DNA from: Bigelowiella natans CCMP2755
Taxonomy: Eukaryota > Protista > Cercozoa
Direction: 5' to 3'
DNA length: 64,000 bases
NCBI GenBank assembly: GCA_000320545.1
Contig: ADNK01000550.1
Span: 124,001 to 188,000, forward strand
The notes under the pieces were generated by a model that saw nothing but the letters and a program-made list of their open reading frames with translations, did no database searches and had not been told where the DNA came from. The position numbers and the translations under genes were made by a program. Shown piece after piece: positions 20,804 through 31,108 of this stretch; position 1 is the stretch's first letter, and the number at the start of each line of letters is the position of its first letter.

Positions 20804-21547
20804 ATGCAGAACGATGGTTTCTTTTGCAGTGACAACTACAACCCGTTCACTGATAACCACTTGTTCGAACAACAACAACAGCCCCGACAAAACGTGTTCT
20901 ACTTTGCAGCGGCGCCGCATGCACCCCCGTCAACATCAACACAACAAACACGACATCGTCACAATGGGGGCGTAACTTTCGTGCACCCGGGTGGCATGGG
21001 CCTTGCTCCTGGTCGAGGTCTTTTTTTGAGGCTGTTTGAGGGCATACTACGAGCTCTTCTCGCAGCAACGTGCACTGCGATCATCTTCGCAGCACTGGCA
21101 GCGCTCGTGGTCATGTGGCACAGACCCAAAATGTATCTGTTCCTTGCCCCATGCTCGCTGGGGGGAAGACCGCGGAGGCGATGCATCACTAATGGCAACA
21201 ACCATCACAACAACAACACCACTACGACGACGACCACTACTACTACAACGACTGTGGTCACCACGGGGAACCAGGGGGGAAGTGGTCAATGTGAAAGCAA
21301 GCATTTGACAAATTGCAATGACGCCGATAACGCCGTGACGACGTGCGCCGGAACCAAAACCACACCAGACGGCGCTACGTGTGTCACGCCCCCTGCAGTC
21401 TGCCTGACGGGCGATCAGCGCAAGCTGCAGCAGGAAATATTATGCAATGTGAAAAAGCTACTGTGCAAGGTCAATGGGTTGCCAGAGGCTCTCAATGATG
21501 CGTTTCTCATAGATCCAAATGGTTTAGTACAGTGTAAAATGATGTAA
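20804..21547 (+). CDS. single-pass membrane protein with Thr-rich stalk and Cys-rich ectodomain
   Basis: TM segment ALLAATCTAIIFAALAALVVMW, poly-Thr tract, several Cys residues. Confidence 0.6.
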   Translation: MQNDGFFCSDNYNPFTDNHLFEQQQQPRQNVFYFAAAPHAPPSTSTQQTRHRHNGGVTFVHPGGMGLAPGRGLFLRLFEGILRALLAATCTAIIFAALAALVVMWHRPKMYLFLAPCSLGGRPRRRCITNGNNHHNNNTTTTTTTTTTTTVVTTGNQGGSGQCESKHLTNCNDADNAVTTCAGTKTTPDGATCVTPPAVCLTGDQRKLQQEILCNVKKLLCKVNGLPEALNDAFLIDPNGLVQCKMM

Positions 21548-21550
21548 CAT

Positions 21551-22825
21551 TCATGCATTCCCTTGTTCCCCCTCTTCCTCGCTTTCATCTGCTTCGTCTG
21601 CTGCGTCATCCTCAATGTAATCCTCGTCCTCATCTTCGTCGTCGTCGACGTCATCGTCGTTTTCATTCGCCGCGTTCAAACTCTCCTGGTTCTCGCGGCT
21701 CGGGACTATGTTAGAGTGCCATATTGTAATGCCCTCTTGTTTCTTTTTCTCCACGTTGCCAAATATCAAACGTGTTATAGGCCACTGACCCAACTCTGAG
21801 CCCACGCTCAAGGAGGTCTTGAAATGCTCCGGGCGCACGCGTATGTTTAATGAACAGTGCAGCGCATCAAAGCTACATGTGTACAAGGTGATTCGACTCA
21901 TTAGCTCGAACGACTGCAAAAACGCGATCCCGATCTTAGTAAGCTTCCAAACATTTTCCATGTCTTTAGTGTCAATGTGTTGTTCCCGTATCTGAGCAAT
22001 TTTGGCCTGAATCTTAGACTCGCGGGCCGCTTTTACCTCTGCGTCCGTGCCGCGGAGATCTATCACGTCCTCCTTGGATTCCCGTCGTATCCTTTCGATG
22101 GCTATGGTTCGGGCCTCCTGGTTTGTGCATGACAAAGACTCCATGTGTCTGGCGTTGTGCTCTAGAAACGAACTCAGGGAGCGCATTGTGCGGGCGTTGT
22201 GTTCGGGGTCAATCGCAGAGAGAAGCATCGAAGTGATGGTGAACTCCATCGATGTCCCCTCGATCCCGTTGCTTTGCATCAGGATGTGAATGCTGTTGAG
22301 GTGTCCGGGATGCGTCTGCAGCAAGGCCTGGATCATCTCCACACTCTCTCTTTGCCGAAAGCGCAGCTGCTCGCGCACCGCGTCTAGAACCTTCTCTTTC
22401 CAGAAGCTGTGGACGGCGACTCCGGATGCTCGCTCGAGCCGCAGCAGAATCGCAGAGTTGATAGGTTCGCGTGTGCTAGGATCGAAGAGACCGTTCTGAG
22501 ACATGTAGAACTGAGCCAAATCGCGCGCAATGTATCGCGTACGTCGCATGTTCTGCGATACCAGATCAAAGGTCTTGTCGCGTTCTGCGGCGGTGAAGTC
22601 TTGCAACGTGATAGGACAGCGGTTGTTCGACGGCGTCTTCCTTTTCCATTTTTTGTAAATTCGCAGTATGCGTTTCTTCATTTGCCGCGTAAACATGCCG
22701 TGTCGTCTACAACGTTTTCGAGCTGATTGCATGCATGTCTTGTCGTCACCCGTGACCGATTCGTGTGTTCGTTTCGGCTGCAGAGGCGCAGTGTCGGCGT
22801 CCTTTGCAGCAACGGAGTTTTCCAT
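21551..22825 (-). CDS. protein with degenerate RING/U-box-like domain and acidic tail
   Basis: CPITLQDF...Y.ARDLAQFY...FDPSTREPI resembles a U-box/RING variant (CPIT...DP.TR.P). Confidence 0.5.
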   Translation of the reverse strand: MENSVAAKDADTAPLQPKRTHESVTGDDKTCMQSARKRCRRHGMFTRQMKKRILRIYKKWKRKTPSNNRCPITLQDFTAAERDKTFDLVSQNMRRTRYIARDLAQFYMSQNGLFDPSTREPINSAILLRLERASGVAVHSFWKEKVLDAVREQLRFRQRESVEMIQALLQTHPGHLNSIHILMQSNGIEGTSMEFTITSMLLSAIDPEHNARTMRSLSSFLEHNARHMESLSCTNQEARTIAIERIRRESKEDVIDLRGTDAEVKAARESKIQAKIAQIREQHIDTKDMENVWKLTKIGIAFLQSFELMSRITLYTCSFDALHCSLNIRVRPEHFKTSLSVGSELGQWPITRLIFGNVEKKKQEGITIWHSNIVPSRENQESLNAANENDDDVDDDEDEDEDYIEDDAADEADESEEEGEQGNA

Positions 22826-22947
22826 TAGAGGCAGGCGTAATTTGCCGAAAAAGGTTCAAAAAACAAAAAATCCGACTGAAAATTGGAACCATATATTTGA
22901 CTAGTACATTTTTTTTTTGTGTGCAATGACACGGTAAAAAAATCATT

Positions 22948-23679
22948 TTGAGAAAATGCACACACACACACAGATCCATGTCGATGTGTCAATGCCCTGA
23001 CACATGCGGCTTGGAGACTAGCTACAAAATCATGCACACACAAGCATGCACCGACTACACCCTCAAGACCACGTCAACGTTAATAAACGGATTTCCAAAA
23101 TACATCGTGCCTCTGCTCATCTCCGAATGCATTGATATGGCACCGAGGTACACCTTGCGGGTTCACCAGGAAGTCGCGAATGACATCCACAAACTCCTCG
23201 AACCACATTTAGGGAATGGAATGCATGTGCTAGGACTCAAAAGCTTCTGTCAGGCTATTTCCGAATACATCTTTAGCCCGTGCATGTTAGGAAGCATCAG
23301 CTACAACACGGAGGGTAAACGGTACCGACTCGACGGCGATCATGTCATTGTTGACAACTTTCGATGGAAATGCCCTGAGTGCTCGCCATCGTACCCACTG
23401 GTAATTGGATGCGGGGAGAGCAGCAATCAGAGCTCGCGGCAGGTCGCGCAAACAGACAGCAACATCTCTATGATCACCATAAGACACGACGACTGGAGCG
23501 CCAAAGAAATGCTCTTGTACACACACAACCCTCTGACCATGACCCCGCTTCAAGCAGCACAGGAGATGCTGATATTTGACAAAGACAAATTGTACCAAGG
23601 AGAGACCATACTGCCCCAAAACACACTTCAGGTCTGGCTGCACTCCACAGGCGTCTGCGATGAAATCAAAGGTTCGTAG
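22948..23679 (+). CDS. hypothetical protein
   Basis: 243-aa ORF; no motif recognised. Confidence 0.55.
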   Translation: MRKCTHTHRSMSMCQCPDTCGLETSYKIMHTQACTDYTLKTTSTLINGFPKYIVPLLISECIDMAPRYTLRVHQEVANDIHKLLEPHLGNGMHVLGLKSFCQAISEYIFSPCMLGSISYNTEGKRYRLDGDHVIVDNFRWKCPECSPSYPLVIGCGESSNQSSRQVAQTDSNISMITIRHDDWSAKEMLLYTHNPLTMTPLQAAQEMLIFDKDKLYQGETILPQNTLQVWLHSTGVCDEIKGS

Positions 23680-24601
23680 GAACGTTCGACAACCGACCGT
23701 TCTCACCGCGGATGACCCGGGCGTGCCGATCTAAAGGAAACCCGAGCGTCGACCAGATCGCGCCCACGCTCTTACCAGAACCATACGTTTTCGAGATGGC
23801 TTCGCGTACCATATCAAGCGAAGGAATTAGAACACTCAGTGACTTGCTTGCGTTCAAAAACCGGACGGTCGCGTCTTGTCGTTTGGAGTACACAACCGGC
23901 TGCGAGCTTGCGTCGTATGTCACATTGTACGCGCTCTGAAGGCTTGCGGTGTCACGAGCAAATACGAGTTTGACCTTAGCAGCGTCAGAACCATCAACCA
24001 ACGAGTTTGTACTTAGAACCTTGAGTATGTTTGAGTTGATTGCCTCCACAAGGTCAGTCGCAAGGTAGTCGCCATCCGGAAGCTTAAACATGCAGTCTGT
24101 AAACATCAGAGAATCGTAATCCTGTGCTTGTTTGTTGTCATCCGACACTTTTTGGACCAGGTATTTGAAATATATGACGGAATTCAAAGCCGCTATTCTG
24201 ATGTATGGGTTAGGGATTGACACGTTCTTCACCTTCACTGACGCCACGTTGCGAATGCTGCTTGCTGGTACGTCTATCACGTACTCCCCTTTCGCCTTTG
24301 CGCTGTTCACCGACAATGTTGTAGACTGCTCGATCACCTTCGCGTCGCCTGTCGTGCCTGGAGGAGGGCCTGCGACTCTTGGCGGCATGAAAATTCGGCC
24401 ATTTGCGTCCTGGGTCATTCGCATCATGTCGTTTCCCACGATCTCCGGTGGCAGCTCGCCTAGTCGCTGTTGACGTTGCCAGTCGCGTACCCGGTTGCTT
24501 GCGATAGTCTGTGACTGCCGACCGGAACCTAACGGTCGAATCTTCTGTTTGGTGTCCGCAAAGACGGGTAAATCATCGGTTGCGCTCGTCATTCGAAACA
24601 T
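23666..24601 (-). CDS. penton/minor-capsid-like protein, N-terminal jelly-roll half only
   Basis: LSVNS....GEYVIDVP..SIRNVASVKVKNVSIPNPY...FKLPDGDY..TDLVEAIN...WSTLGF follows the N-half pattern of NCLDV penton-like proteins. The ORF stops shortly after LGF. Confidence 0.6.
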   Translation of the reverse strand: MFRMTSATDDLPVFADTKQKIRPLGSGRQSQTIASNRVRDWQRQQRLGELPPEIVGNDMMRMTQDANGRIFMPPRVAGPPPGTTGDAKVIEQSTTLSVNSAKAKGEYVIDVPASSIRNVASVKVKNVSIPNPYIRIAALNSVIYFKYLVQKVSDDNKQAQDYDSLMFTDCMFKLPDGDYLATDLVEAINSNILKVLSTNSLVDGSDAAKVKLVFARDTASLQSAYNVTYDASSQPVVYSKRQDATVRFLNASKSLSVLIPSLDMVREAISKTYGSGKSVGAIWSTLGFPLDRHARVIRGENGRLSNVPTNL

Positions 24602-24668
24602 GTTTTTGGAGTTTTTGCTGGTATTCGTCTGTCGCAACTACCTTGTAAGGCAACGGCACATTTTTTTA

Positions 24669-26516
24669 TCAATTGTTAATTGTAGCGATCCCACTTGACA
24701 CTATCGCCAGGGTATTAAGTCGCTTCTCGTAAACCGAAGCACCTGTCGACACGTCGTTGATCCTCAGATCGTCGTTGTACAGCATGGTCTCAATGCCTAT
24801 GCTTGTGTCGTCGTTGAAATTCAGATGATAATTCCTGATCGCCCATTGCAACAACGGGAACGTTATGCTCAGTTGTTTTAATTGGTATTCTCCGGTCTTT
24901 TTTACAGAACTGTATTCTATTAGATCTAGATCTGTGTACTTTAGATCTATTTCGGTTGGTGTTTCAAATTTGCTTCGAGAGCATGCAAAAACGTAAGTGC
25001 CGCTGATGAACCCACTGTCCGAACTTTTCAAACACTCACAATTTCGCACAGGCTTTAATGAAATAAAATCTTTGAATTTCAAAGAATTTTCTGATTCGGA
25101 ATTCAACATCTTGTTTCGAATCATTGCTTTAAATTGACCCGAAAAGGTAGAACCTTCTATCTCAATGCATCTGTCAAGCATGTTTGCATAATGCAAAAAC
25201 AAATTCAAAACCAAATTCTCCGCTTCAACCTGAGCTGGAGTGCAACCTACATCCAAGAGACGTTTAAGAAAGGTGTATGTGTCCATGTTCTCAGTGTCAT
25301 AATATGTCATTTTGTCAGTGAGGTTGCTCTTGCAGTCTTTTTGAATCCACCGTAAACGATTGTCCTCGTGAACGTAACTCATGTTTAATGACGGTATTGG
25401 TAAACTGTGAGCTTTCATTTCATGTATCATGCTATCTTTTCTTTTTTTCCTGCTACGGAACTCATTTACTACCTCTTCTCTGCATCCGTTCGGGATGTTT
25501 CCGATTTTGCCGTGTGACAAAGACTTTGATTTGAACATCTCTTGCACATCTTTGCTCAAAAGAATGTCAGCCTGGTCGGAATCCCTTTTCCTAAAAGATG
25601 CTAATTGCTTCTGGTATGGTTTTGTTTGTAACAAGTTTTCATCAACATACTTGATCAGGCCTTCATTTTCAACGTTTTTTTTGACAAATACTCGTCTTCC
25701 AAACTCAGTGTGTCCAAAATGCTGATTCACAAATTTCGATAACGCGCATGCAAAATCCCTGTTCTGATTGATTTCGTGTATCATGCTAGCAAATGAAAAT
25801 TCGAATTCACCACGACAACGAAGAGTTCTTTGTGAAACAGACAAAAGAGCCAGTTCATACAAACTACTGCTGTTGTGAGAATACCTTTTCAATGAGCCAC
25901 GTTTGTAAAACCTCTTTAGGAATTTTTGCAATTTTCTTGGTGCAGATTCATCACAGAAAAACTTGTCTGAAACGAAGTTCAACAGAGAATTTACGATTTT
26001 TTCGTAGTTTTTGCTTTTGCCACGTGTTGTGCTTTGAATGTTGCGCATAACGGAATTCAGTTTTAGCAACCCCTTGTTCTTCTTGTCATTGAAATCAAAA
26101 TTGTTTTCGAACAATATTTCTAGAATCTTGACATCATTTGAGTAATGCAACTCCATTGTGCTTTTAAAAGAATTGTCATTTTGCAAACTGTCAGCAAAAA
26201 CGCGTTCATGCAATTTTCGTAATTTGAGAACGCCAGCAAGGACCTGCTCGACACGTGTAATTATGAGAAGCAAATCCGAGCGCACGTTTTTGTTCATGTT
26301 TTGACAAAAAAGAACTGATTTCATATCTTTATCTTTGATCTGCGCAGGTATAGGTATTCTGCATGCAATGGCCATTTTGAACAAATGCAGATGAAAAAAC
26401 AAGTTGACTATGATTTGATTCTGAAATACCAACTTGGTCAATGGGAATGGCCATTCACCAATGGCCTGACACATTTCATGATTCATTCTTGTTACTTTCA
26501 GTTGTTTCGGTTTCAA
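24669..26516 (-). CDS. hypothetical protein (about 570-615 aa)
   Basis: Long ORF; no motif recognised. Confidence 0.7.
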   Translation of the reverse strand: MKPKQLKVTRMNHEMCQAIGEWPFPLTKLVFQNQIIVNLFFHLHLFKMAIACRIPIPAQIKDKDMKSVLFCQNMNKNVRSDLLLIITRVEQVLAGVLKLRKLHERVFADSLQNDNSFKSTMELHYSNDVKILEILFENNFDFNDKKNKGLLKLNSVMRNIQSTTRGKSKNYEKIVNSLLNFVSDKFFCDESAPRKLQKFLKRFYKRGSLKRYSHNSSSLYELALLSVSQRTLRCRGEFEFSFASMIHEINQNRDFACALSKFVNQHFGHTEFGRRVFVKKNVENEGLIKYVDENLLQTKPYQKQLASFRKRDSDQADILLSKDVQEMFKSKSLSHGKIGNIPNGCREEVVNEFRSRKKRKDSMIHEMKAHSLPIPSLNMSYVHEDNRLRWIQKDCKSNLTDKMTYYDTENMDTYTFLKRLLDVGCTPAQVEAENLVLNLFLHYANMLDRCIEIEGSTFSGQFKAMIRNKMLNSESENSLKFKDFISLKPVRNCECLKSSDSGFISGTYVFACSRSKFETPTEIDLKYTDLDLIEYSSVKKTGEYQLKQLSITFPLLQWAIRNYHLNFNDDTSIGIETMLYNDDLRINDVSTGASVYEKRLNTLAIVSSGIATINN

Positions 26517-27411
26517 GAATTGTTTCTGCTTTCTTAATTGCTACTTTTTCTTTTGTTTCTGTTTTGAGACTGGGTGCAGATGTCTCTCTCTGCTTTTCAA
26601 TCTTTTTGACAGGTGCAACCTCTTTAGTGATGCCACTTTGTTGATTAGCTGCTTTAATTGTGGATGTTGACTCTGAGTATTCATTTTTCTTTGATGCATT
26701 ATTGAACAAATCGTGCATGTGTTTCATTGTTTTCTGAATCAATGCATCATCAATTTTTTCGAGAGTTGACACTTTTGTGAACACGTATATCATGTGTTTC
26801 AAAGCTTTTAACACTTGCACAATGACCTTCCGGTTGCTTTCTCCTCTTTTTTCAATCTTTGCAACACTAGAAGTAAGTTCTTCCAATGTGTTTTGGGTGT
26901 TTTTCAAAGATTTACTGTCATTGTCACTCTGAGACTTTTCCAATGCAGCGTTTAGAATTTGCATTTGTTCGACGATCTCACCAATGGTTTTGACGTTCAT
27001 CTCTTGCGTTGCATGCAAAGCCAAAACTTTTTCTTCAATCTGAAGAGTTTTTTCGCTGTTCTCATTCTTGGTGTTTTTTGCATTTTTTTCGGCGGGAGAG
27101 GTTTCTGCTTGTTCTGTTTTGATTTTTGTAGATGTTTGAGAAGTGACTACAGTTTTTGTCTTCTCTTGTGGCAAGGTGTTCGGATCTTTCTTTGTTTTGA
27201 CCTTTTCTAATTTGGCTCTTTCTTTCTTTTGTCGAATGATTTCGGTGCGTTTTTTCCATTTGGAGCACATTTGCTTTATGCTTAATTTTTTGTGAATGCG
27301 GGGTTTCATGACCGGCTTTGTATTTGAAGTGGAATTTTGTTTCTGCAATGTGTCGTTGCTCATTGTCACGGTATCAATGTGTAATTTTTTTGTGAAATCG
27401 TGTTGTAGCAA
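26476..27411 (-). CDS. Lys/Glu/Thr-rich coiled-coil protein
   Basis: Composition and heptad-like central region. Confidence 0.65.
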   Translation of the reverse strand: MLQHDFTKKLHIDTVTMSNDTLQKQNSTSNTKPVMKPRIHKKLSIKQMCSKWKKRTEIIRQKKERAKLEKVKTKKDPNTLPQEKTKTVVTSQTSTKIKTEQAETSPAEKNAKNTKNENSEKTLQIEEKVLALHATQEMNVKTIGEIVEQMQILNAALEKSQSDNDSKSLKNTQNTLEELTSSVAKIEKRGESNRKVIVQVLKALKHMIYVFTKVSTLEKIDDALIQKTMKHMHDLFNNASKKNEYSESTSTIKAANQQSGITKEVAPVKKIEKQRETSAPSLKTETKEKVAIKKAETILETETTESNKNES

Positions 27412-27423
27412 AGTCGTGCTTCA

Positions 27424-28173
27424 GTGCAACAAAGCAAAAGGAGGTTGTACTTGAAAAAAATGTTGAAGCAAAATGCACATAAGAAATTCAAAAGCGATGA
27501 CAAAGAACGCGTAGTTAGTTTCAAAAAGGGCAGAAAGGTTGTTGAACTGTTTTCTGACCGTGCCCCGGTGAACATGTGCCGTAGAACCAATGCTGTCTTT
27601 CCAAAACAAAATGCCAAAACAACCAAAACCAACCACGAAGAACTTGATGTTGATGCAAAAAAGATTTCAAATGCCCTGAAATTGTGCACGGATCTCATGA
27701 CGGGACGGAAATTTGTAGGCATTAAAAGAAAACGAAAACCAAAAGGACTGTTAAAGAAAAGGTCTGATTCTGCATTTGACAAACGAAACCCCAAACACAA
27801 ACAAAATCTCTGGCTTCACAAATTGCACACGAATCTGCTGAAATCTCTTATAAAGAAACGCGAAGACACCATCATGAACCTTCTTTTGCAATCTGCAAAA
27901 GAAATCACACAAATGCAGAACTCCAAAAAAAATCCAAATTTGGTTCTTGCTGATCACAACAAAAAATACCTCAAGATATTCATGCAAGGTAGGGGAAGGC
28001 AGCTCATGCCCTTAACTCGACGAAAATCCATGCTAGCTGCCAACGTGATATGGGATCTTGATGACAGGAAGGTGAAACACAAAAAAGACATGAACATGAA
28101 AGACATGTCACTCGCGGAAAATACAATTAGACACATGATCAAAGCAAAAACGACTTCAAAAGAGGCGAAATAA
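27424..28173 (+). CDS. basic Lys-rich hypothetical protein
   Basis: 249-aa ORF. Confidence 0.6.
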   Translation: MQQSKRRLYLKKMLKQNAHKKFKSDDKERVVSFKKGRKVVELFSDRAPVNMCRRTNAVFPKQNAKTTKTNHEELDVDAKKISNALKLCTDLMTGRKFVGIKRKRKPKGLLKKRSDSAFDKRNPKHKQNLWLHKLHTNLLKSLIKKREDTIMNLLLQSAKEITQMQNSKKNPNLVLADHNKKYLKIFMQGRGRQLMPLTRRKSMLAANVIWDLDDRKVKHKKDMNMKDMSLAENTIRHMIKAKTTSKEAK

Positions 28174-28240
28174 AAAATGTAATTGTACAAACAATGAGTT
28201 TTGTTTTTGGCACACGAAAAAACATTCAAAAACAAAACCA

Positions 28241-29248
28241 ATGTTGAGCACAATTGGCACTGGAATCTTTCGTGGATTGGGTGCAGTTGGTAGTGCAGTC
28301 ACTGGTGGACTGTTTGGCCGCCGCCGAACCGAAAACAAAGAAGAAGATGCAAAAAAAAATGAAAAAAAGGACATTTTTTCTTTGTTGCAAGAAAATCAGA
28401 TGTTCAAGGATGACACTTTTGCCGTCTTGAACAAGTTCATGACTGACAAATTCAGTGAACAGGTGCTAAAGCAAGTTAATTTTTTGGCATTGTGCGAGCT
28501 CTCGTCTTTTGATCGAGGTGTTCGTCACGTGTGCATTCTTGCAAAGAACATAACATTTACCAAAGATTGCGACAACATGTACACATTGTCAATTTCAAAA
28601 AATGCATCAAATAAGGAGAAATATGACCTCAAAATGTCTACTAGAAATGATCCTCAAGAAACATTGTTGTTCGAAGATGTAGTAAAACTGTACCAAAACA
28701 ATACCGATTACGAAATGCAAATAAAATCTGCGATAAAGAGAGATTACAATTATCTCGAAAAGTATTACAATAACTTAGAAACAAAAACAACAGAAACAAA
28801 TGATGAAAAATGGTTTGCATGGTTGCAACGATCTGTTGGGACTATTACTGATTTAGATGAACAAAACTTACCAGAAAAAATTAAATTGTTGGATGAAAGG
28901 CTAATGTTGCCAGGAAATGACAACGCTTTGCTGGCACTGGGTTTAGCCAGGCGTTATCTCCAATTAAAGCAATTGAAAATCTCAACATCTCCCAACATTC
29001 AATCTGTTTTGGAAACTTTGAGTAGTAGTGAGCTCACAAGTGCAACAAAATTCAAAATGATTGAATTAGATCAAGTCGCATTCTCCCAGTTTTACCTGGA
29101 ACTCGTTAATCTTTTGCATGATCACGTGAACAAACAAATATTAAAAACATTGAATTCTAAAAAAGAATCCGATGAATCGGAGTACGAAGAAATTTACAAA
29201 AGAGCCATTGAAAATCATGTCAAAATTTTTTTCGATGAAACTAAATGA
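28241..29248 (+). CDS. hypothetical protein
   Basis: 335-aa ATG ORF. Confidence 0.7.
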   Translation: MLSTIGTGIFRGLGAVGSAVTGGLFGRRRTENKEEDAKKNEKKDIFSLLQENQMFKDDTFAVLNKFMTDKFSEQVLKQVNFLALCELSSFDRGVRHVCILAKNITFTKDCDNMYTLSISKNASNKEKYDLKMSTRNDPQETLLFEDVVKLYQNNTDYEMQIKSAIKRDYNYLEKYYNNLETKTTETNDEKWFAWLQRSVGTITDLDEQNLPEKIKLLDERLMLPGNDNALLALGLARRYLQLKQLKISTSPNIQSVLETLSSSELTSATKFKMIELDQVAFSQFYLELVNLLHDHVNKQILKTLNSKKESDESEYEEIYKRAIENHVKIFFDETK

Positions 29249-30448
29249 TTGAAGAGAATTTCAAACCAAAGAAACACAGCATTAGCAAACATCTTCATGT
29301 CAGAACTAACATCGACAAGTTCTAGCGCTTCAACTATTTCACAAGATGGGGATAAAAGTGTGATGTCCTCAGAGACAGAAAAAAAACATGGTGATGGCAC
29401 CAACACAACTACAACGGTGGTAACAGAAAGCGAAATTGATGGTGACACCTCCACAACTACATCCTCTGAAACATCGGAAGAAGATGAAAATTACTCATTG
29501 AAATCAGTGGCGTTTTTGAAAGTTTTGGAATCACCAGAACTAAAAATTTTTGAACAAGAGAACGAATTTGGTAACACCAAACTGTTCAAAAATGCATCCA
29601 AGATATCAGTCTTTCGCAACAACAACACACACAGGCATTTGATATCCATAAAACCAGAAACTAAAGAAACCGCCACGGAATTTCCGTTAGGATTTCATTA
29701 CATACTGAGTTTCATCAATGTTGATGCAATGAGCAGCAAGATCAAAGAAGAAGACAAAAAATTGTCAAAAAAATGGGAAGAATTTGACGAAGAAATGAGA
29801 GAAAATTACGAAAATAGGGATTCATTGAAAGAATATTTAAAAACATTTCCAAAAAACGACAAGAAAGAACATGGATTTTTGCAACGAATGTGCAATTCGG
29901 TTTTGAACAAAATCTTAAATGGGACGTTCCATCATGGGTTCACCGGTGGTAGATTGCTAAATGATTCTACATTGCGCAATGTAGAGAAAGTCATACAATC
30001 TGTGCTTGATTTTGGAATTGGAAACAAGGGTTTGCTCGAAAAATACTGCATTCCTGTCCTTTCATACACCATGACGTCGTCGGATGGATTACCCTTGCGC
30101 CAGGAAGACCATCCTCTCGTCAAAAATCTCACAGGTTTTGGGGGGGAACACAAGTTCAGCGTAAAAATGAGTAAAAAATACAATGACACGAAAACAAACA
30201 ATGGAAACTCGGTGTTTGCTGCTAGCCGTCTGCGCAAAGTGTTGAAACCTAAAGAGGAAGAAAACAAAAGAACGTCCTTGCAATACACAGGAAGCAGGCC
30301 TCAAGACGTTTTGAACAACACAAACATTTTCCCCCCATCTCGACGACGTGTAGAAACTCGCCCCAATCCGCCAATGAGAACAACCAATGTTGTGAAAACA
30401 AAGCCTAAAACCGCCCTCCAGAAACAACTTGACGAGTTGTTCCCATGA
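29249..30448 (+). CDS. hypothetical protein with Ser/Thr/acidic N-terminus
   Basis: 399-aa ORF, likely start MSELTSTS. Confidence 0.7.
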   Translation: MKRISNQRNTALANIFMSELTSTSSSASTISQDGDKSVMSSETEKKHGDGTNTTTTVVTESEIDGDTSTTTSSETSEEDENYSLKSVAFLKVLESPELKIFEQENEFGNTKLFKNASKISVFRNNNTHRHLISIKPETKETATEFPLGFHYILSFINVDAMSSKIKEEDKKLSKKWEEFDEEMRENYENRDSLKEYLKTFPKNDKKEHGFLQRMCNSVLNKILNGTFHHGFTGGRLLNDSTLRNVEKVIQSVLDFGIGNKGLLEKYCIPVLSYTMTSSDGLPLRQEDHPLVKNLTGFGGEHKFSVKMSKKYNDTKTNNGNSVFAASRLRKVLKPKEEENKRTSLQYTGSRPQDVLNNTNIFPPSRRRVETRPNPPMRTTNVVKTKPKTALQKQLDELFP

Positions 30449-30544
30449 TCACAATTTATCAACCCCAAAAAAAAAATGTGTTTCTCGTTGCATGGCAGTT
30501 CGAATTGCAACACAAACCAGCTCAAGCACTAAATAAAAAAAAAA

Positions 30545-30823
30545 TTGAAGATGAGCGAAACGAATCAACGCATACGATCCTTGCTCATCACTGTGGGAGC
30601 TACTGCCAGCGTCGTCTTGAGCGTCTGGTCGTTCTTCTACTACTATCTCAAGATACAATCCATTGACCAATTCATCAACTGGGCTCTGGATTGGCCTTTT
30701 TGGTTGCTGGATCGCATGTCGTACGCCGTGCGAACCCTGATAACCAAAACGCTCGACAAATTCAAGGACGTCGGTACGGACTTCGTGAAGAAAGTGGGTC
30801 AGGGTTTCAAAGGGAAGCTGTAG
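30545..30823 (+). CDS. small membrane protein
   Basis: One TM segment (LLITVGATASVVLSVWSFFYYYL) followed by an amphipathic tail. Confidence 0.5.
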   Translation: MKMSETNQRIRSLLITVGATASVVLSVWSFFYYYLKIQSIDQFINWALDWPFWLLDRMSYAVRTLITKTLDKFKDVGTDFVKKVGQGFKGKL

Positions 30824-31108
30824 CTTCGTGCTACACGGAGTCAAAATGAGGAGAACAATTTTGACTATCTTTTTTTTTGACAGCAACCGGTTGTGCATGC
30901 ACTAATTCCGCATAGAATCTGACGAGCAAGAAGTAGGAAAGGCGAATTCCTCCTTGCGATCAGCAATTTCGAGCTTTAAAGTCGCCGATTTGAACGTAAA
31001 GACGTAGCACGGAACGTCCCAAAAGAGAACAAAGCAACACACCGTGAACTTGGTTGCGCGTCAAAACACACACAAGCACACAAAGCCAGACAACACACAA
31101 CAAGCACC